Below are positions 11,101-22,036 of a DNA stretch of 64,000 nt, in pieces; the first letter of the stretch is position 1, and the number at the start of each line of letters is the position of its first letter. A program made the position numbers and the translations under genes. The DNA lies in the NCBI GenBank assembly GCA_964019335.1, contig OZ025659.1:248001-312000 (forward strand), in the 5' to 3' direction. This DNA is from Diplonema japonicum. Its lineage: Eukaryota > Protista > Euglenozoa: Diplonemea. Below the pieces are notes generated by a model that saw only the letters and a program-made list of their open reading frames with translations, had not been told where the DNA came from and searched no databases.

Positions 11101-11854
11101 TTTTGCTTAGATATCCTGAATGGGGTCTTACATGGTTAAGAGATAAAAAAGAGAAAAAAAGAAGAGAAAAAAAAAAAAAGCAAGACTTGAACGTATGATG
11201 AAGGAGGTATAAAAGTGTAAATAAGGTTTTGATGAAAGAAGTAAATTAAAAGGAATAAGAAAAAAAAAATACGAAACCAACCAGATAATAAAAAGTTTTT
11301 TTTAGAGTATTTTTTTGTTCTTTTTTTTTTCTTTTCTTTTGATAAGGTTCTTTAGTAAACAAGCTGGCATCAATGCAATTTTATATCGTATTGAGTATTC
11401 CCGTCCAGCGATTGGAGAAAGAAAAAAAAGAAAATTGAGTTTCCGGATGGCAACATGTAAGCTGTTTTCCTTATACCATTTCATCATTGAGACATCCACT
11501 ATGCGACCGATATTGCCAACGAACAGTTGAAAAAGACACTGGTTCGTATTTGTATTTATTTCTTTTTTTCCCGAGTTTTTTTTTTTTTTTTCTGCTTAGA
11601 AATATGAAGGTTTTCATTTGTGTAATGATGAAAAACCTCTTCTAAAAAGAAAAAGAACAGAAAAATGGGTCGTTATGTGAGTGAGGAAAAATGACAAAAA
11701 TGACAAAAATAAAAATAAAAAGGTATAAGACAACAAACATGCTTTTTAAAAAAAAACGCACTTGCCCGGCCATGTTGACTAATTCCACGTGAGAGAACCG
11801 GCCTCCCTTTTGTACTACTAGTCGGCTAAAACACACAGTCTCGCATGTGCGCAC

Positions 11855-11895
<41 letters not shown>

Positions 11896-12104
11896 AGTTA
11901 TTAGGGGAAGGCATCGCAAACCGAAACCATTTCATTTTCTGCGATTATCCAGAAAAAAAAAAAAAAATGGAGGGGGGGAAATGTTAATTATATATTTATG
12001 ACTATTTGTCTTTATTGTTCAAAGACAAAAGGTGAGTTAAAGCAAGAATCAAAAAAAATACTGAATCGCTCGGGGGGGGGGGGGGAAGAAAAATCAATTT
12101 CACC

Positions 12105-13349
12105 TTACCCATCATAACCATTTCTATGAAGCTGCCGCCATTTCCAGCAATGCGCAAGCCCTAATGACACATCAGGGAACTTCGGCCGCCAGTTGAGCTC
12201 CTTTTGTATCCTCGAAGTGTCAGCGTAGATCTGCGGCGAATCCCCAGGCCGCCCCTCACGCACTTCCTCGATCGTGAAGTTCACACCGGTGGCCCTGCGA
12301 CACGCCGAGAGCAACTGCCTCATAGATACCCCATTACCAGTACCAACATTGTAAAGAATGGGCGGATTGCTGATTTTGGGAACGATAGCAATGTGCGCAT
12401 CAACAAGATCGGAAACATGGATAAAATCTCGAATACACGTTCCATCGGGGGTGGCGTGGTTTGTCCCTAACAAAGTCACCTTATCAATACGCCCTTCCGC
12501 CGCGTCAAGACAAGCATTTGTGATCCTCCCGTGTTGATTCTGCAATTCCCGCCTCGGCCATTCCCCCCATCTCGATTGTGGGTCGCACCCATACACGTTA
12601 AAGTACCGTAAGATCCCAACCTGAAATTTCGGGTAGGCTTTGCATATATCGTGCAAAGCAGTTTCCACCATTAGTTTTGCAGTGCCATACGGCGATACGG
12701 GTTTTGTTGGGGTGTTTTCGGTCGCTGGGAGTTTTTCAGGAGAACCGTACGTCGCGCATGTCGACGAGAAGACAAGACGGTGCACCTTGTGGGACAGCAT
12801 TTCCTCGAATAGTGTGATAGAGTTCACGGTGATATTCTTGTAATACATTAAGGGGTGCTTCATTGATTCACCGACGTAGGCGATGGCGGCAAAGTGGATG
12901 ACAACATCTACGTGTCGCGGGCCGTCTTGAAAACCTTTGCGGAGAACGGAGCGTTGCCCGATGTCGCCTTCTACGAATCTCAGGTTTATTTTTCCTTTTG
13001 TCGTGTTTTGTAGAGCTTGGATGGCGCCTCTGTTTCCTCTGCTTAGGTTGTCGATAACGGTTACATAGTGGCCGAGGTCGAGGAGTTTACCCACAGTGTG
13101 GCTGCCTATGTACCCTGCGCCGCCCGTGACTAATACGTGGCGTTGGTTTTTTGTCAGGCGTTGCTTGGTTGTTATTGGGGTGATCTTTGGTGCTTTGTTG
13201 TTGTTGTTGTCGTCCTGTTCTATAAGATTGGTGATGTGCCGGCGAGCCGCGTTTCGGCGGCCCTCTCCGTCGTTCAAGTAGAATATGCTGACCCCTGCTA
13301 CCAGGCCTATTGCCATGCAGGCTTTGATTTTCACTGCCGTTCCTTCCAT
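12105..13349 (-). CDS. UDP-D-xylose/UDP-L-arabinose 4-epimerase-like (GalE family), type II membrane protein
   Basis: N-terminal TM (ACMAIGLVAGVSIFYL); HVLVTGGAGYIGSH, DNLSRGN, HFAAIAYVGES, SSTCATYG, YGTAK (YxxxK), LRYFNV, HGRITNACLDAA, DGTCIRDFIHVSDLVDAH. Start placed at MEGTAVK after the A-run. Confidence 0.85.
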   Translation of the reverse strand: MEGTAVKIKACMAIGLVAGVSIFYLNDGEGRRNAARRHITNLIEQDDNNNNKAPKITPITTKQRLTKNQRHVLVTGGAGYIGSHTVGKLLDLGHYVTVIDNLSRGNRGAIQALQNTTKGKINLRFVEGDIGQRSVLRKGFQDGPRHVDVVIHFAAIAYVGESMKHPLMYYKNITVNSITLFEEMLSHKVHRLVFSSTCATYGSPEKLPATENTPTKPVSPYGTAKLMVETALHDICKAYPKFQVGILRYFNVYGCDPQSRWGEWPRRELQNQHGRITNACLDAAEGRIDKVTLLGTNHATPDGTCIRDFIHVSDLVDAHIAIVPKISNPPILYNVGTGNGVSMRQLLSACRRATGVNFTIEEVREGRPGDSPQIYADTSRIQKELNWRPKFPDVSLGLAHCWKWRQLHRNGYDG

Positions 13350-13970
13350 GGTTTTTTTTTTTTTTTTTTTTTGTTCGCTTTTTTTTTTTGTGTGGAAAAA
13401 GTCCGGGATTTCTTTTTTTTTTCTCCTACCGGCGAACCCCCATTGCTTTTTTTTTTTTTTTTGGCAGTAGATGGGGCTATGATTCACTCCCCCAGAGAAT
13501 TGGTGTTGATCCTTATATCAAAAAGGATAAACAATAATAATGCGTGAGAAAGGGTCCTTTCTTTTTTTTCTCCCTGGGCCCTGCCGGGTTAAAAAAATCA
13601 CGGGGAGTGGGTTTAGAAATAAATAACAGGAAGAGAAGACGGGGAAAGTATAGGGTAGGGGGGATGGTGAAATGAACAATGTGAAAAAAGAGAGTGCAAG
13701 CTTGGGTGTGTGTGTGGGGGGGGGGATTTTTTTTTTAAAAAAAAGAAGAAATAGGAAACGGGAAAAGGAACCCCCCTAAATAAAAGAAGAAATAGGAGTG
13801 TGTGAAAAGGGAAGAAGAATATGGAAAAGAAAGGTTGTAATTATTTTTCCCCCCTTTAAATGTATACCCCCGTTTCTCAGGGTAGTTCTTCAAAACCTTC
13901 ACCTTTTGCAGAGAAGGTGCAAAAAAAAAAAAATGAAGGCAAAAGGTCTGTCACAATATGGAAATGGAGG

Positions 13971-14003
<33 letters not shown>

Positions 14004-14561
14004 TTTTACTATAAATAGAGTAGTGTACAAAAGGGGATTGGTCACTTTAAGGGAATAAAGGGGGGGGTAAAAAAAACGAAACCAAAGGGGGGGAAAAAAA
14101 GGAAACAAAAAATCCCTCCGTGCCCTACCCACCTCAATTTCTTTATACAAAATTAAAAATAAGAAACGTGAGAAAAAAAAAGAAAAAAAAAACAAAGCAT
14201 GCTTCCTTCATTCTTTTTATTTTTTATACATCCTCCCCACCTCTTTTTTTTTCTTCCCCTTTCACCGAAAAAATCGCTTCATTTTTTTTTCTTTAAAAAG
14301 AAGGAAACCTTAGTTTTTACACATTTCAACACCTTAATGTTTCCCTCTCTTCCCCCTCTTTCTCCCCCCCCCCCCCCCACCCCCCACCCCACCCCTCTCG
14401 CAACCTGTCCTATCCTTCTTGGTTAAACAAAAAAAAACACGAAAAAGGTTTATAATAAAAAATGGGGGGGGAAAGGGAGGCACACTTTTTTTTGGGGGGG
14501 GGTTTTTGTATTTTTTGTTTTGTTTTTGTTCTTTCTTTTTTTGTTTTGTTTTTTTGTTTGT

Positions 14562-15911
14562 TTAGTTGGCACTAAAGTTGGGCCGCTTCTCGTTGCCCCT
14601 GTCCATGGTTCTGGCACCTTGGAAGGTATTAATGGACTGCTTAACTGCTTCAGGGCCCTGCTGGAGCACGCCAACCGGGACCTGCCCGCCTGCAAGCCCC
14701 TTGAGAACAACAACGGATTCGTTCTCCTCACGCAGAGTCTTGAAGATTTTCGCCATCTTCCCCATCGCTATGATTTTGTTCTTAAGGTGCGCCCCGCGCT
14801 CCTGCAGCAGGTCGGGGTCCTCACTGGCGTGGTTTTCGTCAACCAAGTTCCAGATAGTGATCAACATGTCGGTAACCTTTTTTTTTTTTTATTATTTATT
14901 TTTTTTTTTTTAAATTATTATTTAACACCTTCTCCGCGACAAAAGGCATGGACCACGTGAAAGCATTCATGAAATTCGGCAGGTAGTAAGGGTGGGGGCT
15001 CGAATTGAACTGCCTGATATTCATCAGATTATTTTGGAATCTGATGATCGCGGCCTTGTTGTCGTAGCTGTCGCAATAGTTCGGCGCCGAGAAGATACAG
15101 ATCACCGACGGGAACCCCGTGGAGGACTTCTTGTACAGACGGTAGCCCTCGTCCTGCGCCTCGTGCGCCCGAATCACGGAAAGCAGATTATTCGTCACCA
15201 AAAACTGGCACACAGCATTGTATGAGAACACGTAAGAACACCCCCTCAGGTCATTATGCACGTATAACGCTTCTGGTGAGTATTCCTCCTCCTCCTCGTC
15301 CATTGGATCAGACCACAGGAGGTCGCACATCGGTCCTGATGACGGCGGTTCCCTGAATCTGTGAATTGCATTGATGTCTTCTACAGTGCGAATATCCGGC
15401 GATAACCCACCGTGTACACATAGGAATCTCCCGTTCAGTACCGACGCAATGGGAAGACAGTCAAAACAAGCCATTATTTGATCGTAGGTTGACTGGCCGT
15501 ATTTGTACAAACATTCTGCTTTGAAGTTGAAGTATGCGGTGAGGTGGCGGCACTCGTGGTTCCCGCGGAGCATAAAGAAGGTGTCGGGGTGGCGGAGCTT
15601 TACAGCCATGAGGTAGAAAACGACTTCGCAGCCAAAACAACCCCTGTCTACAAAATCACCCAGGAACAGATATTGCTGGTCATTCGGGTCTCCCCCGATC
15701 TCAAACAGTTTGCACAAATCGTAGAACTGCCCGTGGATGTCACCGCACACAGTGATCGGGTCGTTCAAGCGGAGAAGGTTGGGTTCCTTTCTCAAGATGG
15801 TCGCGGCCCTGTTCACTAGTTCCGCGGCGTCCCTTTCAGCCAGAAGACCTTCCTTTAAAAAATGCGCCTTGAGGTTTCCCAGAAGAGGCATATTTTTACT
15901 ATCGAAAACCT

Positions 15912-15967
<56 letters not shown>

Positions 15968-16070
15968 AAACCTTATTTCTAGGAAGCGGTTCCCAGTTTG
16001 GCGGCGGCACATCTGAGATCGCCCGGTCCTTCATCAACATCTTCTCCACGTTGCCTTGTTTGCCCGACAT
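14562..16070 (-). CDS. CNA: Calcineurin (PP2B) catalytic A subunit, 464 aa; introns 15910-15971, 14877-14928
   Basis: GDIHG, GDFVDRG, RGNHE, SAPNY; CnB-binding [27 protein letters not shown]; CaM-binding-like [21 protein letters not shown]; autoinhibitory-like [15 protein letters not shown]. Confidence 0.95.
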
Positions 16071-17428
16071 TTCTCTTCTTTTTTTTTCTTTCTTTTTTTT
16101 TTTAAAAAAAAACCCCGCCCCACCCCTGTAAAAAAAACTTTTGACAAAATCAGAAAATTTGCTTTTTTAAAAAAAAAAAATAGGGGTGTGGGAGGTTTTG
16201 AGGTTTTTTTTGGGGGGGTAACAGTTGAGTAGGGGAAGGGGAAAGAACAATCTGATGAACCAGAACGGGAGGGGGGGGAGAAAAAAAACAAGGAAACCAC
16301 ATACAAAGAAAAAAAAAAGGGAAATTTTTTTATAATACTTAAGATCGGGGCTCATAACTCTGAGGGTGTGTTTCTAAAAAAGAATGGGGGACTTTTTAAG
16401 GGACCCAAGAAACAACAATTGTGTTCCCCCTATTTTTTGCTTAACGTCAAAAGGTGCCATAAATCAACGGAACTTTCTGGTACCAAGAAAAAAAAAGAAT
16501 AAAAATAAAACGAAAGACACCCTATAAGGAAATCCAAGGGGAGGGGGAAATGGGGGGTCAGTAAGGGAGCATGCCAATTATTTATTTATTTTCCCCTACA
16601 TCGATTGCAGACAAAAAATGGTTAGGGGGAAAAAAAATATTGGCCCCCCCCCCTTCCCCACACCGTACTTTTTCGTTCTTTTTTTTTTTGCAAAATTCTT
16701 ATTATTCAAGGTTTTCAATGCTTCTCAAAGTATCTCGCCCCCCCCCCCCCCCCCCCCTCATCCCCCCAAAAAAAAGAAAAAAGAAAAAAAGAAAAAGCGT
16801 GTCTTGAGAAGAAAATACAGTTTACAGTGTTCGTCGGGGTACAGAAACAAAAAAAAAAAGCTTTTACCACGATGACCCACCCCAAAAAAAAAGAAAAAAG
16901 AGAAGTGCTTAAAGGGGGTTTCAAGTTTGCGCTGAATTTCCCTATGTGCACACATTCTTTTTTTTTTTTTCCAACTTTTTTTTTTCATTTTTAGTAAAGG
17001 GGAAAGTGGGCAGTTGAAGAATACAATCGGAAAAAAAAAAAGGGGGTGATACAAAAGGGCGAAGAAGGGAAGGCGACGGGGAGACAAAAAAGTTTTAACG
17101 GTATAACAACAACAGGGGAGGGGAAAAGATGAATGTGGGGAGGGATGTGGAAAAGCCTGTACAACAACAAAAAAAAAAGCAAAATTTTCTTTCTTTCTTT
17201 CTTTCCCGAACATTTTCTTTTTTTTATTCATTTCTTCATTACCAGCCATCACTCCTAAAGGACTTTTTTTTTCTTTTTCTTTTTTTCCCAGTAGTCCAAG
17301 CCAAAACGCGCAAAAGAAGGAGTAGCCCCCTTGACCCTGCACCCTTTGCTTCGCCTTTACAAAAGGCTACTGCATCAAACAGGAGTGATTTAAGGCGAGA
17401 GGAGAATATAAAAAAAAAAAAAAAAAAC

Positions 17429-19028
17429 CTACCAACCACGGGAATAGTGCAAGCCCGAAGGTTGGGAGGGTGTGATCACGGAGTGTGGGTAGTAGCCAGT
17501 GTCTCTAGGAGGCGAGCACTGAGGCTGCCCAATGAGACCAACGGGCTGGTATTGCGTGGGTGGAGCACCCACAGGAGGAGTCTGGGTAGTTACCGTTCTC
17601 TGCCCACAGTACATGATCTGAGCAGGGACAGGGGCTGCCATGGCTAAGGGTGGAGGGGAGGTGGGTACGTTCGCAACTTGCCTGCTGCGGCATTTTGTGC
17701 TTCGACACCTTCTGTTCCCGCATGCAGCCTCCTTAAGCTGCTGCCGCATGCAGCTGATCTCACCTTGCTGCTGCCTCTGTGCTGCCTCCTGTCTTGACCT
17801 TTCTTCAGATTCTCTTTGAGCGTCTTCCTTTGCCCTGTAGAGCTCCTCCTGCATCAGTTCTCTCATCTGCAGCTCCTTCTTTAGATCTGCCATGTCCGCT
17901 GCTTGGCGTGCTTCTTCCAACTGTTTGTCTTTGTCCTGCAGTTCCTTCTCTGTCATCTCCCTCTGCCTGCTCACGTCGCTTTGCAGCCCGCCCAGCGCCT
18001 GCTCCAAGCTCCGTATCCTCGCCTCCAGATTGTCTTTTTCACTTTGCAGCCGCTGCTGTCCGCCCTGTGGTGTTGTTTGTTGGTTTAAAAAAGTTGGGGG
18101 GGGGGGGGGCATACCCTTAAGGACTCAGACTCCTGTTGGTACCGCGAGGCTTCGTTCTGAGCCCTTCTCAGCTCGTCTGCGATGGCCGTGTTGTTGGCTG
18201 ATGCCTGGCGTGTCACCTGCGACAGCTGCTGCTGCAGGTCCTCGATCTGCTTCCGTTGGTTGCCAAGCTGCATGCTCTGTTCAAATTCATAACTATTTTT
18301 CTTTTTGACATTACTCGTACCTGATCGTCGTACGCAGGCATATATGTAGGGACTGGCTCCATCATGGGCGGTGGGGGTGCAACCTGTGTAATAGGAGCGG
18401 GTGGTGGCGGCAGGGGAGCAGGTGGCTGCGGTGGAGGTGCCGCGTTCCCAACCGACTTCTCCTGTTCCCAGGTGCGGCAGATGTCGTTCCAGTCCTCTTC
18501 TGTGGTCTTGATGGGTGCCATGTTGGGGAGCATCTTGCTTGTCACAGTGGTGTCCTCTAAACCAAGCTCACCTCGTGCAGCGCGCATCCGGCTCCTCTGT
18601 CCTGCCATTGTCACGAACCTGTTCCAGAACTCCTCACTGGAGTGGAAGGTGGATGCACCGTGAGGGGTCGACACCACCACCACGTGAGGGTTCGCCTTCT
18701 CCCACCCTGACACGAAGCGCCTCAAGAATTCCTGATTCACAAGAACACTCTGGTCAGTGTGTGACGCATCCACATGGTAGTGGGGTCTGTTCATGGCACC
18801 AGGGTACCTCTGCACCTCTTGCACGAAATTGTTCCAAAAGTCATGGTCTGCCGGGAATGTGAAGTGGTCACTTTCCGTCACCGCCTGCGACAGCAGCGAT
18901 GCCTTTGCGGACGGCTCATCAGAGGGCTCGAACCATGGCTGTGTTTGGGTTGAATAAATAAGTAACTACCAGTTTCTGCCCCTTCATACCATCCGCGGGA
19001 TGAACGGTCCCGGGCGTTGCGATTGCAT
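17429..19028 (-). CDS. Trp-rich module family gene A: 1 module + Pro-rich linker + coiled coil (~484 aa); introns 18939-18989, 18277-18320, 18065-18114
   Basis: Three GT-AG introns join MQSQRPGPFIPRM|PWFEPS.. to ORF fragments 18213-18881, 18085-18273 and 17429-18112 in frame. Confidence 0.75.
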
Positions 19029-19194
19029 TTTGGGGGGGCTGGTCAACTCTTCTTCTTTTTTTTTTCTTCTCTTTTTCCTCTTTTCTTCCCCGCCCCCCAA
19101 CTGCTGTGGATTGAATTATTAACAGGACACTGTATATGAAGCAAGGGAAAGAAGAAGAAGGGAAGAAAAGGGGATCGCAATCATTCGATCGGTT

Positions 19195-20497
19195 TTAAGT
19201 GTTGTGCATCACTTGCGCCCACTCGTAACACATCTCTCGCCAACCTGTTTCCGTTGTTGTAACAGCCGTGCTGTGCGCGGTGCTGCTCACGGTTGTATTC
19301 TCCACGGTATCAAGATCAGTCGCGGTGCATTGCCGCCTCATCTCGCTCGCCCGTCCCACGAACCAAGGCCAGAAAACCTCGTTTGCTCGAAAGGACGAAG
19401 AAGCGAGGGGTGTAGAGACCGTCACTGTGTGCGGGTGGGCACTACACCAACTGGAGACAAAAAGCCGCAAGAACGCTGCATTGACACGCAGACCCAGCTC
19501 AGCCAACTCAACATAAGGCGGGTCCATTGCGCCTTGACGCCTCCGCGTTTCGAGAACGAGATTGCCCCGGAGATTTCTTTCCTTCAAAAAAGAGATCTGA
19601 AATGGCTGCTCCTCCCACACGCTGTCGGTGACACTGTCACCAGACAGCTCAAACCACGGCATCTGCGGCACTGGGGGAGACAGCACGTGACTCTCTTCCC
19701 GTTTCTCCCAACCAGCCATGAAGCACTTCAAGAATTCTTGGTTCACGTGAACAGCCACATCGGTGTGCGAGGCGTCCACTTGGTAGTGCGGCGGGTCCTT
19801 CGCACCAGGGTACTTCCGCATCTCCTGCATGAGGCTGCTCCAGAAACGGCGGTCAACAGGAAACGCTGCATGCGCAGTATCCTTAGCAAACTCGGGTCTG
19901 GGAGGAGCGCTCGGTGAGGGCATGGACATCCATTCCCCAAGGCACTTCTCAAGTGCCCAGGTGCGGCAGATGTCGTTCCAAACCTCTTCTGTGGTCTTGA
20001 TCGGCGTGTTGGGGAGCATCTTGCTTGTCACAGTGGTGTCCTCCAAAGCGGACCCACCACGGTTTCTCTGTCCTGCCATTGTCACGAACCTGTTCCAGAA
20101 CTCCTCACTGGAGTGGAAGGTAGATGCACCGTAAGGGGTCGACACTGTTACTAAGTGGGGGTTCGCCTTCTCCCACCCTGACACGAAGCTCCTCACGAAT
20201 TCCTGATTCACAAGAACACTCTGGTCAGTGTGTGACGCATCCACATGGTAGTGAGGCGGGTCCAAGGCCCCAGGGTACTTGTGCGCCTCCTGCACAAAGT
20301 TGTTCCAAAAGTCGCGGTTTGCCGGGAACATAAAAGGGGCACCTTCCGTCACCGTCTGCGACAGCAGCAATGCCTTTGCGGACGGCTCGTCAGAGGGCTC
20401 GAACCATGGCTGTGAAGTGACGTGCGGCTATTTTTCAACCCCCCAATACCATTAATGGTGTCACTGGGTTGGCCTGATGGGGAAAGTGTGACTGCAT
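19195..20497 (-). CDS. Trp-rich module family gene B: ~2.5 modules (~420 aa); intron 20410-20449
   Basis: MQSHFPHQANPVTPLM|PWFEPS..; repeated FW..F..E...YPGA.DPP.Y / VN.EF...F..GW / STP...S.F...E.FW..FV motifs. Confidence 0.8.
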
Positions 20498-20769
20498 CTC
20501 TCTTCCTCTTCCCTCCCAGCTGTTGTGATTGCGAGGTCTAAAAAAGAAGAAAAACGTGGACCCGGGTGTTCCACCTCAGGTTTGCAAGAAGGCTGTCTTA
20601 ATTGCAAAGTGGTTCCAAGACATTCGAACAACGTAGACTACGAAACAAGACCCCCCTCTACAAAAGAGAGATGGAACAGGCAAAGAAAAAAAAAAGATAA
20701 ATGTTAAACCACAACTCAATATCGACACTCCCCTTACGGGGCTCGGGGTGGGGTTCCCCCGTTCCACAA

Positions 20770-21972
20770 TTAAAAGCATTTTGTGTGTATTATCGATGGC
20801 CCCACCTCGTTGTACTCTGCTTTTTGGATCAGCATATGCGAGAACATGCTCAGCATGCCAAGCATGGACCCCCCCATCCACGATGAGATGTGCCGGGTTT
20901 GGTGCGACTTCACAGCGTCTTCCTTTATAATCTCCTGCGTGTTTTCGGTGGGGTGAGCTTCGCGGTAGAGAGTGTAGATGTCACGGAAAAGACGGTCACA
21001 GGTACCGGGGAGGAGAGTGGTGCCCCCTGCGGTTACGATATTGTTCAAAAGGGTGTGTTGGATGGAAGCCTCGCATTGTGTGATGGAGTCATAGAGAAGG
21101 GATGAAATGCCTGTCGTGACCGAAGAAGGGATCATCTCCTCGGTTTCCGTAAGGACGTTGAATTTCTTGGAGTTCCCATTGATGATCCCGAAGTCGAAGA
21201 GGCACTCTGCACACTGGTGCCGTTCCTCATCTAAATGAAGATCTGCCCCGTCTGGCAGCACGTAAGACCCACCATCACCTTCGCCCATAACATAGCCCCC
21301 ATCTCTGACGTAACACAATGTTTCCTTAACCTCACTTGCGATATCTACCTCATCCCATGTTGTCAACCCGTACCCCCGCTTTGCGAGCAATGATATCAGA
21401 TAGTCTGTAACAGCTCGCCCAGCTACTTTAGAAGTGGAGACTTGCCGGGTCAATGTATACCCTTCGTGCACAGGAACCGCCATCGATAAATCGGAACCAG
21501 AATCGAGAACGATTCCTGTTGTCAAGCCGTATGAGTACAGAGATAACACGGAGTTCACTGCAAGGTAGAAACCCTCTGCAGCGAAGGCTTCGAAGAACAG
21601 CTCGGCCGTGTTCTCCCTTGATCTCTTCGAGGCCAGGGGTTGGATGGCCGACTCCGACACCAGAAAGTTGTGTTTATCCGGCGGGATACACAAATCGTCG
21701 AATATCGCAGAGGCCCACAGGCGCTCCATGTCCTCCCAATTCTCCACAAGGCCGTCCTTAATGGGGCTGGTCACTGATAGACTCCCTCTTTGTTCCATGC
21801 ATTGGTGCCCTACATAGCACTCCTTGTCACCGACACCTATCGTCACACCCTGGTTTCTACTCTGCCCCACCACTGTTGGGAAGATGCTTCGTGGTATGAC
21901 CTCGCCTGCAAAGCCTGCTTTTGTGCTCCAGCCTCCGCTGTCTAGAACGCACACTTGGTTTCCAAACGACAT
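20770..21972 (-). CDS. Divergent actin-like/actin-related protein
   Basis: VLDSGGWSTKAGFAGE..PRSIFPTVVG, PIKDGLVENWEDMERLW, TTGIVLDSG, VPVHEGY, SWMGGSML, EYNEVGPSIIHTKCF. Confidence 0.93.
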   Translation of the reverse strand: MSFGNQVCVLDSGGWSTKAGFAGEVIPRSIFPTVVGQSRNQGVTIGVGDKECYVGHQCMEQRGSLSVTSPIKDGLVENWEDMERLWASAIFDDLCIPPDKHNFLVSESAIQPLASKRSRENTAELFFEAFAAEGFYLAVNSVLSLYSYGLTTGIVLDSGSDLSMAVPVHEGYTLTRQVSTSKVAGRAVTDYLISLLAKRGYGLTTWDEVDIASEVKETLCYVRDGGYVMGEGDGGSYVLPDGADLHLDEERHQCAECLFDFGIINGNSKKFNVLTETEEMIPSSVTTGISSLLYDSITQCEASIQHTLLNNIVTAGGTTLLPGTCDRLFRDIYTLYREAHPTENTQEIIKEDAVKSHQTRHISSWMGGSMLGMLSMFSHMLIQKAEYNEVGPSIIHTKCF

Positions 21973-22036
21973 TTTCCCCTTTAAAATGGGTTGGAACATA
22001 AAACGGGGACAGGAGAAAAAAAAAAGGAGAAGGAAC

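Noticed and set aside
11265-11860. Possible small RNAs or MITE (12-bp inverted repeat at ~11267/11540; ~100-nt hairpin at 11757-11852)
   Set aside because: Short or imperfect pairing in low-complexity sequence with no diagnostic boxes; not supportable by eye.
13490-17420. Many poly-Phe/poly-Lys ORFs in spacers (also 29085-29870, 39000-40550)
   Set aside because: Translations of A/T homopolymer tracts. The N-terminal extensions the ORF track adds to the PPR, KDSR, epimerase and AKR genes are the same artefact.
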